DNA of 32,000 nt from Candidatus Iainarchaeum sp. (GTDB lineage Archaea > Iainarchaeota > Iainarchaeia > Iainarchaeales > CSSED10-239): the NCBI GenBank assembly GCA_028700115.1, contig JAQVTI010000008.1, positions 5,461 through 37,460 of the forward strand, written 5' to 3'. The position numbers and the translations under genes are program-made. How positions within the stretch are numbered: position 1 is the first letter of the stretch; the number at the start of each line of letters is the position of its first letter. Positions 1 to 8,147 of this stretch are shown here, in pieces. The notes below the pieces were generated by a model that was not told where the DNA came from, did not search any database, and was given only the letters and a program-made list of their open reading frames with translations.

Positions 1-3000
1 ATAGGTATTTTTGCAATTGCAGAAGTAAATTGTGAATCTTTTGAAGCAGTTGCAATAATTTCAAAATTGGTATTTGTATTTTTTAAAATAGTCACTGGTC
101 CTCTAATATCTAAACTTAAAGAATCTGCTTGCTCTATCCATATTGGTTCTCCAAAACTTATATCTGTTACAATTGTATCAGATAAATTTTCAATAAAGAA
201 AGACTTTATTTCACTTGATTGAGAATTCCCTAAATTTATCAAAATTTCCTTAGGGGTATTTAAAACCCCATCATCTGCGATAAGTATTTCTCTAGTATAA
301 GGCTTATAACCATATGCAGAAACTGTAACATTTATTTTATTTACTACGAAATCAACCTTTACTTTATAAACCCCTTTTTTTCCATTAAGATTATTTCCTT
401 GAAATGAAGATATTAATTGATTATATTCATCTTCTATTTTAATAAATGCATTTTCTATAAAATTTCCATTTGTAGAATCAAATACTTCTATTTTTATATC
501 AGAACCATATGAAACAATATAATCTGGGGTAAATAAAACATTCATATTTCTTTTTTGGAAAATATCAAAATTTATTCTTTCGTTAATACCTTCTAAAGAA
601 TCAGAATAAATTAAAGTATCAATATAAGATATCCCAATATTTTTTGCAATAAAAAATACATAAACTTTTTTTCTAATACCTGCATCTAATGATATTGTAG
701 GTTGTGTAATATTATATTGAGAAATTGTTTCAAGATTAATATTTGTTGGATAAGAAAAATTATTTCCAGTTGAAATAAATGAAATTATAGGTTTTGTATT
801 TGATGTAGAAACATCAAAATTAATAGTTGTATTTTTAAAACTAAAAAATGTTGCCTCAAGAGCATATATTTCATCTTTTAATGCTATAAAATTATCTTTA
901 TCAAAATCAATTCCATCTTCAGAAATAAATTTATAAGATACACAAACTTCATCTTTACAATTTAAAGGAATATCAAAAACATCTATTTCTATATTTTTAG
1001 ATTCAGCATATAAAAATTGTTTAGAAGAATTTGATTTTTTATCTAAAAGAACAGAATCAATTGGATCTCTATAATAAGAATTATCTATTTTATCCCAAAC
1101 TCTATATTCAAAAATTGCTTTTAATTTAGAAGTATTTACAACATTTACTTTTATTTTAATTTGCTTTGTTCCAATATCTTGAGATTGTTTCCAATAAAGT
1201 TCAACCCATTTATTTATTTGCCCAGCTTTTCCTTCATTTAAAAAATCAACATCTTGATTTCCAGGTTCTGGTAAATAATTGTATGTTGTAGAATATCTAA
1301 AATCTGTAGAATCAGATAAAAATCCAGAAATACCATAACTCATATTTTCAGAATCAATTTCAAGATCATCTCCAGCTCTAATATGTACCCCACCTTCTTT
1401 TACATTTTTTGGGAAAAAAACATCAAAAATAAGATAATAATCTTTTCCTTCTGATAAAAAATTTACAGTTTTTCCAAAAGAATCTTTTATTTCTACAAAT
1501 TCTATTATTGGATAATTCCCTTCAAGATCATTTTCTGGATTTGTAATTGTAATACTTACAAACCCATCTTCATCTAAATTTTCTAAAGAAAAAGGAATTG
1601 TTGTAATATTCCCATTTTCATCATAATAATCTGCAAAAAATTCAGAATATCCTATATTATTAAAAAATATACGACCTTGATTTAAATCATCATCAAAAAG
1701 AACAGTATTATCTTTTGTTCTAATTGTTAAATGACCATCATCTATTAAACTACCATCTTTATTTAAAATTTCTAAATCTACTAAAATATCTGCTTTATCT
1801 ATTACAAATATAATTTTATTTTCTAAATAATCACTTATTGTAATATATTCAGAAATAGTTAAATCACCTACAAACACTTCAACTGCAAATTGTGAAAAGT
1901 TTTCTAAAGGAATAGATAAACTACCAGTTAAATCTACAGAATAAATTTCTGAATATGGGAGTATTAATTCATCTTGAATTTTATAAATTCTTATTTTTGC
2001 AGAACTTACAGGTAAATTTTTACTATCTACAACAAATATATTTAATAAAGAACTATTGTCTATTTTAATTTTTTCTAAAAAAATATCCTCTTGATTTTTT
2101 TCTTTTAATGAAATTTTTTTAACAGAACATAAATATGAATCTTTACATGCAGAAACAATAATATTTGAATCATTTTCTAAACCTGAAAATATAATTTTTC
2201 CAGAAAAATCAGTAATATTTGTATCTATAACATTATTATTTAAATCATAAATTGTAACTTTTGAATCTTCTAAAGGAATATATTGATCTAAATCTAATAT
2301 ATTTAAAGAAATTGAAGAACCCCCAACTTCTAAAATTATTGGAATAATTTTTTCTAATTCTAATATTCTATAAGAAGTTTGATTATCACTAAAATTAGTT
2401 CTATATCCTTCTTTTGAAACACTAAAATTTATTGTTTCTCCAGAATTAACTTTTATCAAAGCCTTCCCATCAATTGTTTTTGTAGTATCAATTAAATTTC
2501 CTTCAAGATTATATACATCAACAATTGCATCATTAATTAAATTCCCAGAAATATCATTTACTATAAAAATAACATCTGACTTCCCAGAAAAAGAAATATC
2601 TGAACTAATTACTAAATTTATTTCTTTTGTTTCAGAAGGATTTATAAGTTTAAAATTTCTAATTACAAAATCTTCATAATTATCTGCTTTTATTAAAATA
2701 TCTGATGTTTTATTTAATGGAACATCTAAAATTATATTATAATTATCTTTTTCTAAAGAATTAAAATTTTGATTAAAATCTTGACCATTTAATTTATATG
2801 AAATTGTTGCAATTGAATTAGGAATTATTTTTTTATTATCAGAATCATATATTATTAATTTTAAAGAACCATATTCTATAATTTCATCAAAAGATATAAT
2901 AATTTTATCATTTTTAGAAATTATTGTAAATTCTTTACTAAAAGATACATATCCTTCTTTTTCTGCTTTTAAGGAATAAACTTTTCCAATTTTTAATTTT

Positions 3001-3350
3001 TTATTTGTAATCACATCTTTATTATTTATATTCCCAGAAAAAATATTGTCTTTATCAACAGAATTAATTTTTAAATAAACATCATTTATTTCAAAATTAC
3101 TATAATCATAAATATTAAATTCCAAAGATACTTTTGGAGAAAAGATACCAATTAATAAAAAAATTAAAATTAAAATAATTATTAAAAAGATACCTCCAAA
3201 AACAGCAACTGGAGGAATTCCCTTATCTTCTAACTTTTCATTAATAGAATTTAAATTAATTCCTTTTTTTGTAATCCAATCTGAAAATTTATAATAAATA
3301 TTTTCAACATAGTTAAATAATTTTGAAAAAAAATTTTGTTTCTCACTCAT
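1..3350 (-). CDS. Very large membrane-anchored extracellular protein with Ig-like / carboxypeptidase-regulatory-like repeats (3' end of gene beyond window)
   Basis: Open minus-strand frame from ATG at 3348-3350 (MSEKQNFFSKLFNYVENIYYKFSDW...) to the window edge, absent from the supplied ORF track because it has no stop inside the window. Short cytoplasmic N-terminus, one TM helix (PPVAVFGGIFLIIILILIFLLIG), then >1000 aa of beta-rich repeats such as VDVYNLEGNLIDTTKTIDGKALIKVNSGETINFSVSKEGY. Confidence 0.8.
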   Translation of the reverse strand, partial: MSEKQNFFSKLFNYVENIYYKFSDWITKKGINLNSINEKLEDKGIPPVAVFGGIFLIIILILIFLLIGIFSPKVSLEFNIYDYSNFEINDVYLKINSVDKDNIFSGNINNKDVITNKKLKIGKVYSLKAEKEGYVSFSKEFTIISKNDKIIISFDEIIEYGSLKLIIYDSDNKKIIPNSIATISYKLNGQDFNQNFNSLEKDNYNIILDVPLNKTSDILIKADNYEDFVIRNFKLINPSETKEINLVISSDISFSGKSDVIFIVNDISGNLINDAIVDVYNLEGNLIDTTKTIDGKALIKVNSGETINFSVSKEGYRTNFSDNQTSYRILELEKIIPIILEVGGSSISLNILDLDQYIPLEDSKVTIYDLNNNVIDTNITDFSGKIIFSGLENDSNIIVSACKDSYLCSVKKISLKEKNQEDIFLEKIKIDNSSLLNIFVVDSKNLPVSSAKIRIYKIQDELILPYSEIYSVDLTGSLSIPLENFSQFAVEVFVGDLTISEYITISDYLENKIIFVIDKADILVDLEILNKDGSLIDDGHLTIRTKDNTVLFDDDLNQGRIFFNNIGYSEFFADYYDENGNITTIPFSLENLDEDGFVSITITNPENDLEGNYPIIEFVEIKDSFGKTVNFLSEGKDYYLIFDVFFPKNVKEGGVHIRAGDDLEIDSENMSYGISGFLSDSTDFRYSTTYNYLPEPGNQDVDFLNEGKAGQINKWVELYWKQSQDIGTKQIKIKVNVVNTSKLKAIFEYRVWDKIDNSYYRDPIDSVLLDKKSNSSKQFLYAESKNIEIDVFDIPLNCKDEVCVSYKFISEDGIDFDKDNFIALKDEIYALEATFFSFKNTTINFDVSTSNTKPIISFISTGNNFSYPTNINLETISQYNITQPTISLDAGIRKKVYVFFIAKNIGISYIDTLIYSDSLEGINERINFDIFQKRNMNVLFTPDYIVSYGSDIKIEVFDSTNGNFIENAFIKIEDEYNQLISSFQGNNLNGKKGVYKVKVDFVVNKINVTVSAYGYKPYTREILIADDGVLNTPKEILINLGNSQSSEIKSFFIENLSDTIVTDISFGEPIWIEQADSLSLDIRGPVTILKNTNTNFEIIATASKDSQFTSAIAKIP

Positions 3351-3712
3351 ATTTTTCGTCTCATTTTTTTTAGTTTAAAAATTTTATATTAATTACAATA
3401 TATATTCTTTATTTATATATAATATATATAAAATATATAAAGATATCTATAATATATTAATTCTATAAAGTTATTTAAATATATTTTATTTTAAAAAAAA
3501 AGAAAAAAAGAAAAATTATTTTTTAAATAACTCTTTTATACCTTTATCAAATACAATTACATAAAAAAACACATAGATTAATTAAAAATAAAACTAATTG
3601 AAACTATAAATATTTCTATTAAAGATATTAATTTTTGAATACATCTAAAATATACTCTTTTTAAACATTTTGAAATGAAATATAAATACATTATAATAAT
3701 TAAAAGGAGGAA

Positions 3713-4057
3713 ATGAATATGATTAAACTTCAAAAAATTGGAGCTTATGCATTTCTACTTGGTATTTTAATTTCAATAATTTTTGGATTAATTAGTTCTC
3801 TTACAAATGCTTCATGGGTTCAAATTGTTCTAATTGTTTTAGGATTAGTTGTTGGATTATTAAATATTGAAGATAGAAACATAAGTTTATTTTTAATTGC
3901 AACAATTGCTTTTATTGCAACTTCAACATCTCTAAACTCTCTTCCAATAATAGGAAGTATCTTTAGAAATGTTTTAGTTAACATGATACATTTTATAGCA
4001 CCAGCTGCATTAATTGTTTCAATCGTAGCAATAATTAGAGTTGCAAACAACAAATAG
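3713..4057 (+). CDS. Small multi-TM membrane protein, conserved hypothetical type
   Basis: 114 aa ORF with hydrophobic segments, preceded by an AAAGGAGG ribosome-binding site; the overlapping minus-strand ORF looks spurious. Confidence 0.75.
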   Translation: MNMIKLQKIGAYAFLLGILISIIFGLISSLTNASWVQIVLIVLGLVVGLLNIEDRNISLFLIATIAFIATSTSLNSLPIIGSIFRNVLVNMIHFIAPAALIVSIVAIIRVANNK

Positions 4058-4075
4058 TTTTTATTTTAAAAAAAA

Positions 4076-4375
4076 CTATTTTTCTTTTTCTTTTTTAAAA
4101 TTAATATTAATTAATTGATTAACAGAATAAATCTTTGTTGCATTTTTAATTTTAACAACAGGTATATTAATTTCTCTTAAAAATATAAAAATATGAGATA
4201 AAAAAGATCCTTTTTCTACAATAATACCATTTACTTTTGATAAATAAGGTAAGATATTTAAATTTAATTCTTCAATAACTAAAACTTTATTATTTAAATT
4301 TACTTTATCTAAATCTTCTAAATTATTAAATAAAACACATTTTCCAAAAATATTTCCTTTTACTAAAAATTCCAT
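4076..4375 (-). CDS. Standalone PEP-utilising enzyme mobile (swivelling phosphohistidine) domain-like protein
   Basis: GIIVEKGSFLSHIFIFLREINIPVVKI resembles the phosphohistidine motif of PpsA ([27 protein letters not shown] in this same window); His retained. The track start (TTG at 4384) is replaced by ATG at 4375. Confidence 0.6.
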   Translation of the reverse strand: MEFLVKGNIFGKCVLFNNLEDLDKVNLNNKVLVIEELNLNILPYLSKVNGIIVEKGSFLSHIFIFLREINIPVVKIKNATKIYSVNQLININFKKEKEK

Positions 4376-4384
4376 AATTATCAA

Positions 4385-4912
4385 CTACAAATATTTTATT
4401 TTTAAAAAATTAAACGTACTATTCACCATACGTTCAATAGAACCTTTATCAACTTGTTTAAAATCATAATTAGTAAAATCTTTCTTATTATCAATAATTT
4501 TAATATTTAAATCTTCTTTTAACCCTAAATTTTTCAAAATATTTATAATAGCATATTTAATTTTATCATTATTTGAATTAAATTTTTTTAATTCATTTAT
4601 TTTAGGAAGAATACCTAAATATAAATATTCAGAAAATATTCCAGAATCTAAAAGGTGCCCTGTTATAAAAAATTTTGGAGATTCAATTATTTTTAAACAA
4701 ATAATAAAAGAATAATCTTCAAATAAATATTCTTTATAAAAATAATTATTCTTTACAAAAAAATTAGAACATAATCCTCTAAAGATAGGCGATTCAATAT
4801 TTAAATTAAATTCAGCGAATAATTTAAATTTTTTATAATCTTGTAAATTCATTTTTTTAAATTTAGATAAATTATATTTTTTATCATAATTTAATTCAAA
4901 ATTATATTCCAA
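4385..4912 (-). CDS. Hypothetical protein; 5' end uncertain (possible frameshift upstream)
   Basis: 175 aa ORF starting at TTG, directly upstream of the PEP-mobile-domain-like gene; the frame stays open upstream to 4994 without an ATG. Confidence 0.5.
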   Translation of the reverse strand: MEYNFELNYDKKYNLSKFKKMNLQDYKKFKLFAEFNLNIESPIFRGLCSNFFVKNNYFYKEYLFEDYSFIICLKIIESPKFFITGHLLDSGIFSEYLYLGILPKINELKKFNSNNDKIKYAIINILKNLGLKEDLNIKIIDNKKDFTNYDFKQVDKGSIERMVNSTFNFLKIKYL

Positions 4913-5105
4913 AGTAGGATCTTTTCTTTTTTTAATTAAAGTATCTAAAACTAAATTATAAATATTTTTAGGAGTATCTAAAGGTCTATATCATCTCCAG
5001 ACCAATCATCACAATTAGTACTATAAATTCCAAAAAAACATTTATCATTTTTTATTTTTTTATTTATATATAAAACAATCTAAAAATAAAAATAGGCAGA
5101 AAAGA

Positions 5106-5130
5106 AGAAGGAAAAAATCCTTCTAATTTT
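5106..5130 (-). terminator. Candidate hairpin/T-run terminator downstream of the wHTH gene
   Basis: AGAAGGA-AAAAA-TCCTTCT perfect 7-bp stem (5106-5124) flanked by T-rich tracts on both strands. Confidence 0.35.
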
Positions 5131-5260
5131 TTTGTAAAATTTTTTAAAAAAGGGGTTTTTTAAAAAATATATTTGTTTAGTGTAAAAAGGCAGAAAAAAG
5201 GAAAGCTTAAGGAAAAAAGATATAAAAGTTAAAAGGGGTTTTTTTAAGGGGTTAAAAAAA

Positions 5261-5713
5261 TTATCTAACAATAAAGTATACCTTTCTTCCAGCTTGAACC
5301 TTTTTTAAGTATTTATCTTTGACTAGTTTATTTAGTCTCTGTGAAGCAGCGTTTGAAGCTTTATAATTAAAAGCTAACTGAACCATGCTTGCATCCACTT
5401 TTCCTTTCTCTCTAATAAAAGAGATTATCTTGTCATCAACTTCTGGTAAAATATTAATTTCATCAGAATTATTTTCTTTGTCTTGCTTGTTTTTTAGAAG
5501 AAACTGTAATTTGTCATATTTTTCTTGCATATCTTCTAAAATCTTATTTGTTTTTTTTCTCTCTTCTAATAGTTGATGCATGATAACAGAAAGAATCAAT
5601 GGATCATTAAACTTCTCTTGGATTTGAATAATAGCATCCAAACCCAGCTCTTTACTCTTATCTTTTAAAAGAAGATCTAAGACTTCTTTTTTTGTAGTAT
5701 CATTTTGTATCAT
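5261..5713 (-). CDS. Winged-helix DNA-binding-like protein
   Basis: 150 aa; C-terminal VDDKIISFIREKGKVDASMVQLAFNYKASNAASQRLNKLVKDKYLKKVQAGRKVYFIV is a typical wHTH with wing. Confidence 0.65.
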   Translation of the reverse strand: MIQNDTTKKEVLDLLLKDKSKELGLDAIIQIQEKFNDPLILSVIMHQLLEERKKTNKILEDMQEKYDKLQFLLKNKQDKENNSDEINILPEVDDKIISFIREKGKVDASMVQLAFNYKASNAASQRLNKLVKDKYLKKVQAGRKVYFIVR

Positions 5714-5719
5714 AATATA

Positions 5720-5736
5720 TCATGATAGTGTCATGA
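5720..5736 (-). promoter_or_regulatory. Candidate operator: two TCATGA palindromes spaced one helical turn apart, upstream of the wHTH gene
   Basis: TCATGA at 5720-5725 and 5731-5736, between a TATA-like TTTAAACC (minus strand) and the ATG at 5713. Confidence 0.35.
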
Positions 5737-5887
5737 AAGGTTTAAAAGAGGTTCGTTTTAATTTTCCAAAAGAAATAGGGTTTTTGGTTTTGTTTCCAAA
5801 CTAAAATTTTATAGGAAAATATACTTGGTTTTTTCCTAAAAATATATAATATATTATATATAATACATACAATTTATAAATCTTCCT

Positions 5888-6964
5888 TTAAAATATCCTA
5901 GATTCTCTTCTAAATAGCCTAAACCCATAAAATTTAGTTCTCTCAAATATACTTCTAGTAATTGAATCTATTTCATCAGGTTTTAATCTAGATCTTAAAT
6001 CTGCTTCAATTAAACAAGAAGGATAAACATATTTAGGATTAAATGCAGAAACAGAAGAAATGTTTGAAGCAATAAAATCTGTATATTCTTTTAAAGATAA
6101 ACCAAATTCCTTAAAATAAATAAATTCTAATCTCAAAGGATAATCATCTTCTGAAAGCTTAAGATACATTACATATAAATTATCTGCAAATTCTTTAGGA
6201 TAATCTTTTAGAATTGGATGTTCTTTATAACTATCTGTATATTTTATAACACAGGTTCTTTGGTTTTTCTTAAGTAGAGAAAAAACAAAAAAAGAATCAT
6301 AAATTTCAGAAATATTATGTTTATTTAAAATTTTATTTTCTATAAATTTATAAAACAAATTAGCTCTGCTATCTTCAATACATCCTACAAGAAAAACGTT
6401 TTTATTTTTTGATAAATTATATAGATTATAAAATTTATCTAACAAATCATTATAACTTTTAAAAAGCTTAGAACCTTCTGTTGGTCTAGATATATATTGA
6501 GGGATAATTGAACCATCTAAAAGCATAAACTTAATTTCTTCATTTTCTATAATTTTAGAAGATAAAGAAACTTCTTTTTCTAATCTTAAAATAGAAGTAT
6601 TCCACATCACTTCTTCTAGTTCAAGAGAAGAAGTTGTAAGATATGGTTTTGCTAAGTTATATGAATTTGGATAATATATTGTTTTTTCTAGTTTAGAATC
6701 TTTATATCTAAAAACAGCTCCTGCTTCTTTAATAATTGTAATATTTGCAAAATTAAATTGTTTGTTTACAAACCCAGAATCAGTTCCTGCAAATGAGAAG
6801 TTTTGATTTTTATTTACATCTATATTTTCAATAATGTTTTCTTCAAGATTATAAATATTTCTTTCTTTTGTAAAATCTGTTTTTTTTATATTTGAAACAA
6901 TAGCGTTATTTTTTTCATAGCTAGAAACCATTTTTTTAATAATCTCGTCCAAATTATCCTGCAT
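5888..6964 (-). CDS. nurA: NurA-domain 5'-3' nuclease
   Basis: FAGTDSGFVNKQF and KFMLLDGSIIPQY (NurA Asp-Gly-Ser motifs), RLEKEVSL region and VFLVGCIEDSRANLF. ATG start at 6964 preceded by GTGAT SD. Confidence 0.7.
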   Translation of the reverse strand: MQDNLDEIIKKMVSSYEKNNAIVSNIKKTDFTKERNIYNLEENIIENIDVNKNQNFSFAGTDSGFVNKQFNFANITIIKEAGAVFRYKDSKLEKTIYYPNSYNLAKPYLTTSSLELEEVMWNTSILRLEKEVSLSSKIIENEEIKFMLLDGSIIPQYISRPTEGSKLFKSYNDLLDKFYNLYNLSKNKNVFLVGCIEDSRANLFYKFIENKILNKHNISEIYDSFFVFSLLKKNQRTCVIKYTDSYKEHPILKDYPKEFADNLYVMYLKLSEDDYPLRLEFIYFKEFGLSLKEYTDFIASNISSVSAFNPKYVYPSCLIEADLRSRLKPDEIDSITRSIFERTKFYGFRLFRRESRIF

Positions 6965-6969
6965 TATAA

Positions 6970-7107
6970 TCACTTATCTAAATCTAAACCAAGATTTTTT
7001 AATAATTGTTCATGAGTTATATAATTTCCTTTTTTAAAATTTTCTCTAGCTTCTTTTAGTTCCTTATAAACATCAATTTTTTCTAAATAATTATTATCTT
7101 TACCCAT
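6970..7107 (-). CDS. Small acidic/basic protein (45 aa), antitoxin-like C-terminus, between htpX and nurA
   Basis: MGKDNNYLEKIDVYKELKEARENFKKGNYITHEQLLKNLGLDLDK*, ATG at 7105-7107 preceded by TGTGATTTTT; overlaps nurA 5' leader (GTGA) and lies 5 bp after the htpX stop. Below the length cutoff of the ORF track. Confidence 0.55.
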   Translation of the reverse strand: MGKDNNYLEKIDVYKELKEARENFKKGNYITHEQLLKNLGLDLDK

Positions 7108-7112
7108 AAAAA

Positions 7113-8024
7113 TCACATTTGTTCAAGTTTATTTATTCTATCTTGAATAGGTGGATGTGTTGCAAATAAATTAGATATATTCTTACCTCTAAAAGGACTT
7201 GAAATATATAAATGAGCAGTTCCTTTTGTTGCACTTTTTACTGGTTGACTAAATCCGCTTATCTTTCTTAAAGCATCTGCTAGACCTTTTGGGTTTCTTG
7301 TAATTTTTGCACCAGAGGCATCTGCTAAATATTCTCTTTTTCTAGAAATTGTCATCTGTATCATTGCAGCAACAATTGGTGAAAGAATAATAAAAAAGAT
7401 AGCAACTATTAATAAAATAATATTACCATTTCCTTTTGAATCTCTACTTCCAGAAGCTCCTCCAAAAATTAAACTTCTTAAGGCAATATCTGAAATAATA
7501 GAAATTAAACCAAACAAAACAGTTACAATTGTCATAACCTTAATATCTCTGTTTTTTATATGTGAAAGTTCATGTGCTAAAACACCTTCAAGCTCTTCTC
7601 TATTTAATATTTCTAATATACCAGAAGTTACAGCAATTGAAGAATGCTCTGGATCTCTTCCTGTTGCAAATGCATTTGGTGAAGGATCATTTATTATATA
7701 TATTTTAGGTTTGGAAAGTCCAGAAGCCATAGCAAGACCTTCAACTGTATTATCTAAAAATCTATGTTTAGGAAATTTATCTGGTTCAATTGGTTTTGCT
7801 TTTGAAGTTGCAAGAACAATTTTATCTCCTGAATAATAACTAACAAGTCCATAAACTATTGCAAAAATTCCTGCAATTATTAAAATCCCAAATCCAGTTT
7901 CTGCAAATATAAAATGCAGAGCTACTCCAATTAATCCAATGAATACAAAAAATGCAAAAAATAATAAAAATGTTTTAAAATTATTTCTTCTGATTTCAGC
8001 ATAAAAAGATTTATCATAATTCAT
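7113..8024 (-). CDS. htpX: HtpX-like M48 family zinc metalloprotease
   Basis: FATGRDPEHSSIAVTSGILEILNREELEGVLAHELSHIKNRD (HExxH), TM helices, FATHPPIQDRINKL C-terminus. Confidence 0.95.
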   Translation of the reverse strand: MNYDKSFYAEIRRNNFKTFLLFFAFFVFIGLIGVALHFIFAETGFGILIIAGIFAIVYGLVSYYSGDKIVLATSKAKPIEPDKFPKHRFLDNTVEGLAMASGLSKPKIYIINDPSPNAFATGRDPEHSSIAVTSGILEILNREELEGVLAHELSHIKNRDIKVMTIVTVLFGLISIISDIALRSLIFGGASGSRDSKGNGNIILLIVAIFFIILSPIVAAMIQMTISRKREYLADASGAKITRNPKGLADALRKISGFSQPVKSATKGTAHLYISSPFRGKNISNLFATHPPIQDRINKLEQM

Positions 8025-8147
8025 AGATATTCACATTATAATATATAATATAGAAAAAGAAACAAAGAATATAAAAATAGATTTATTTAATTAAAAATAA
8101 AAAAGAAAAAAAGAAAAAGGAGATTTTTTTGTTTTAAAAAAATCTAA

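Noticed and set aside
3820-4053. 77-aa ORF antisense to the 3713..4057 membrane protein
   Set aside because: Complete overlap with a better-supported ORF that has a strong AAAGGAGG site.
4978-5012. Calling a full box C/D sRNA here
   Set aside because: A box C-like GTGATGA is present, but no CTGA D/D' boxes and no terminal stem in proper register; kept only as a low-interest finding.
5080-5271. 63-aa minus-strand ORF rich in Phe/Lys
   Set aside because: Low-complexity translation of an intergenic A/G-rich tract containing a hairpin and imperfect AGGCAGAAAA / AAAAGGGGTTTTTT duplications; overlaps the wHTH stop and has no credible SD.
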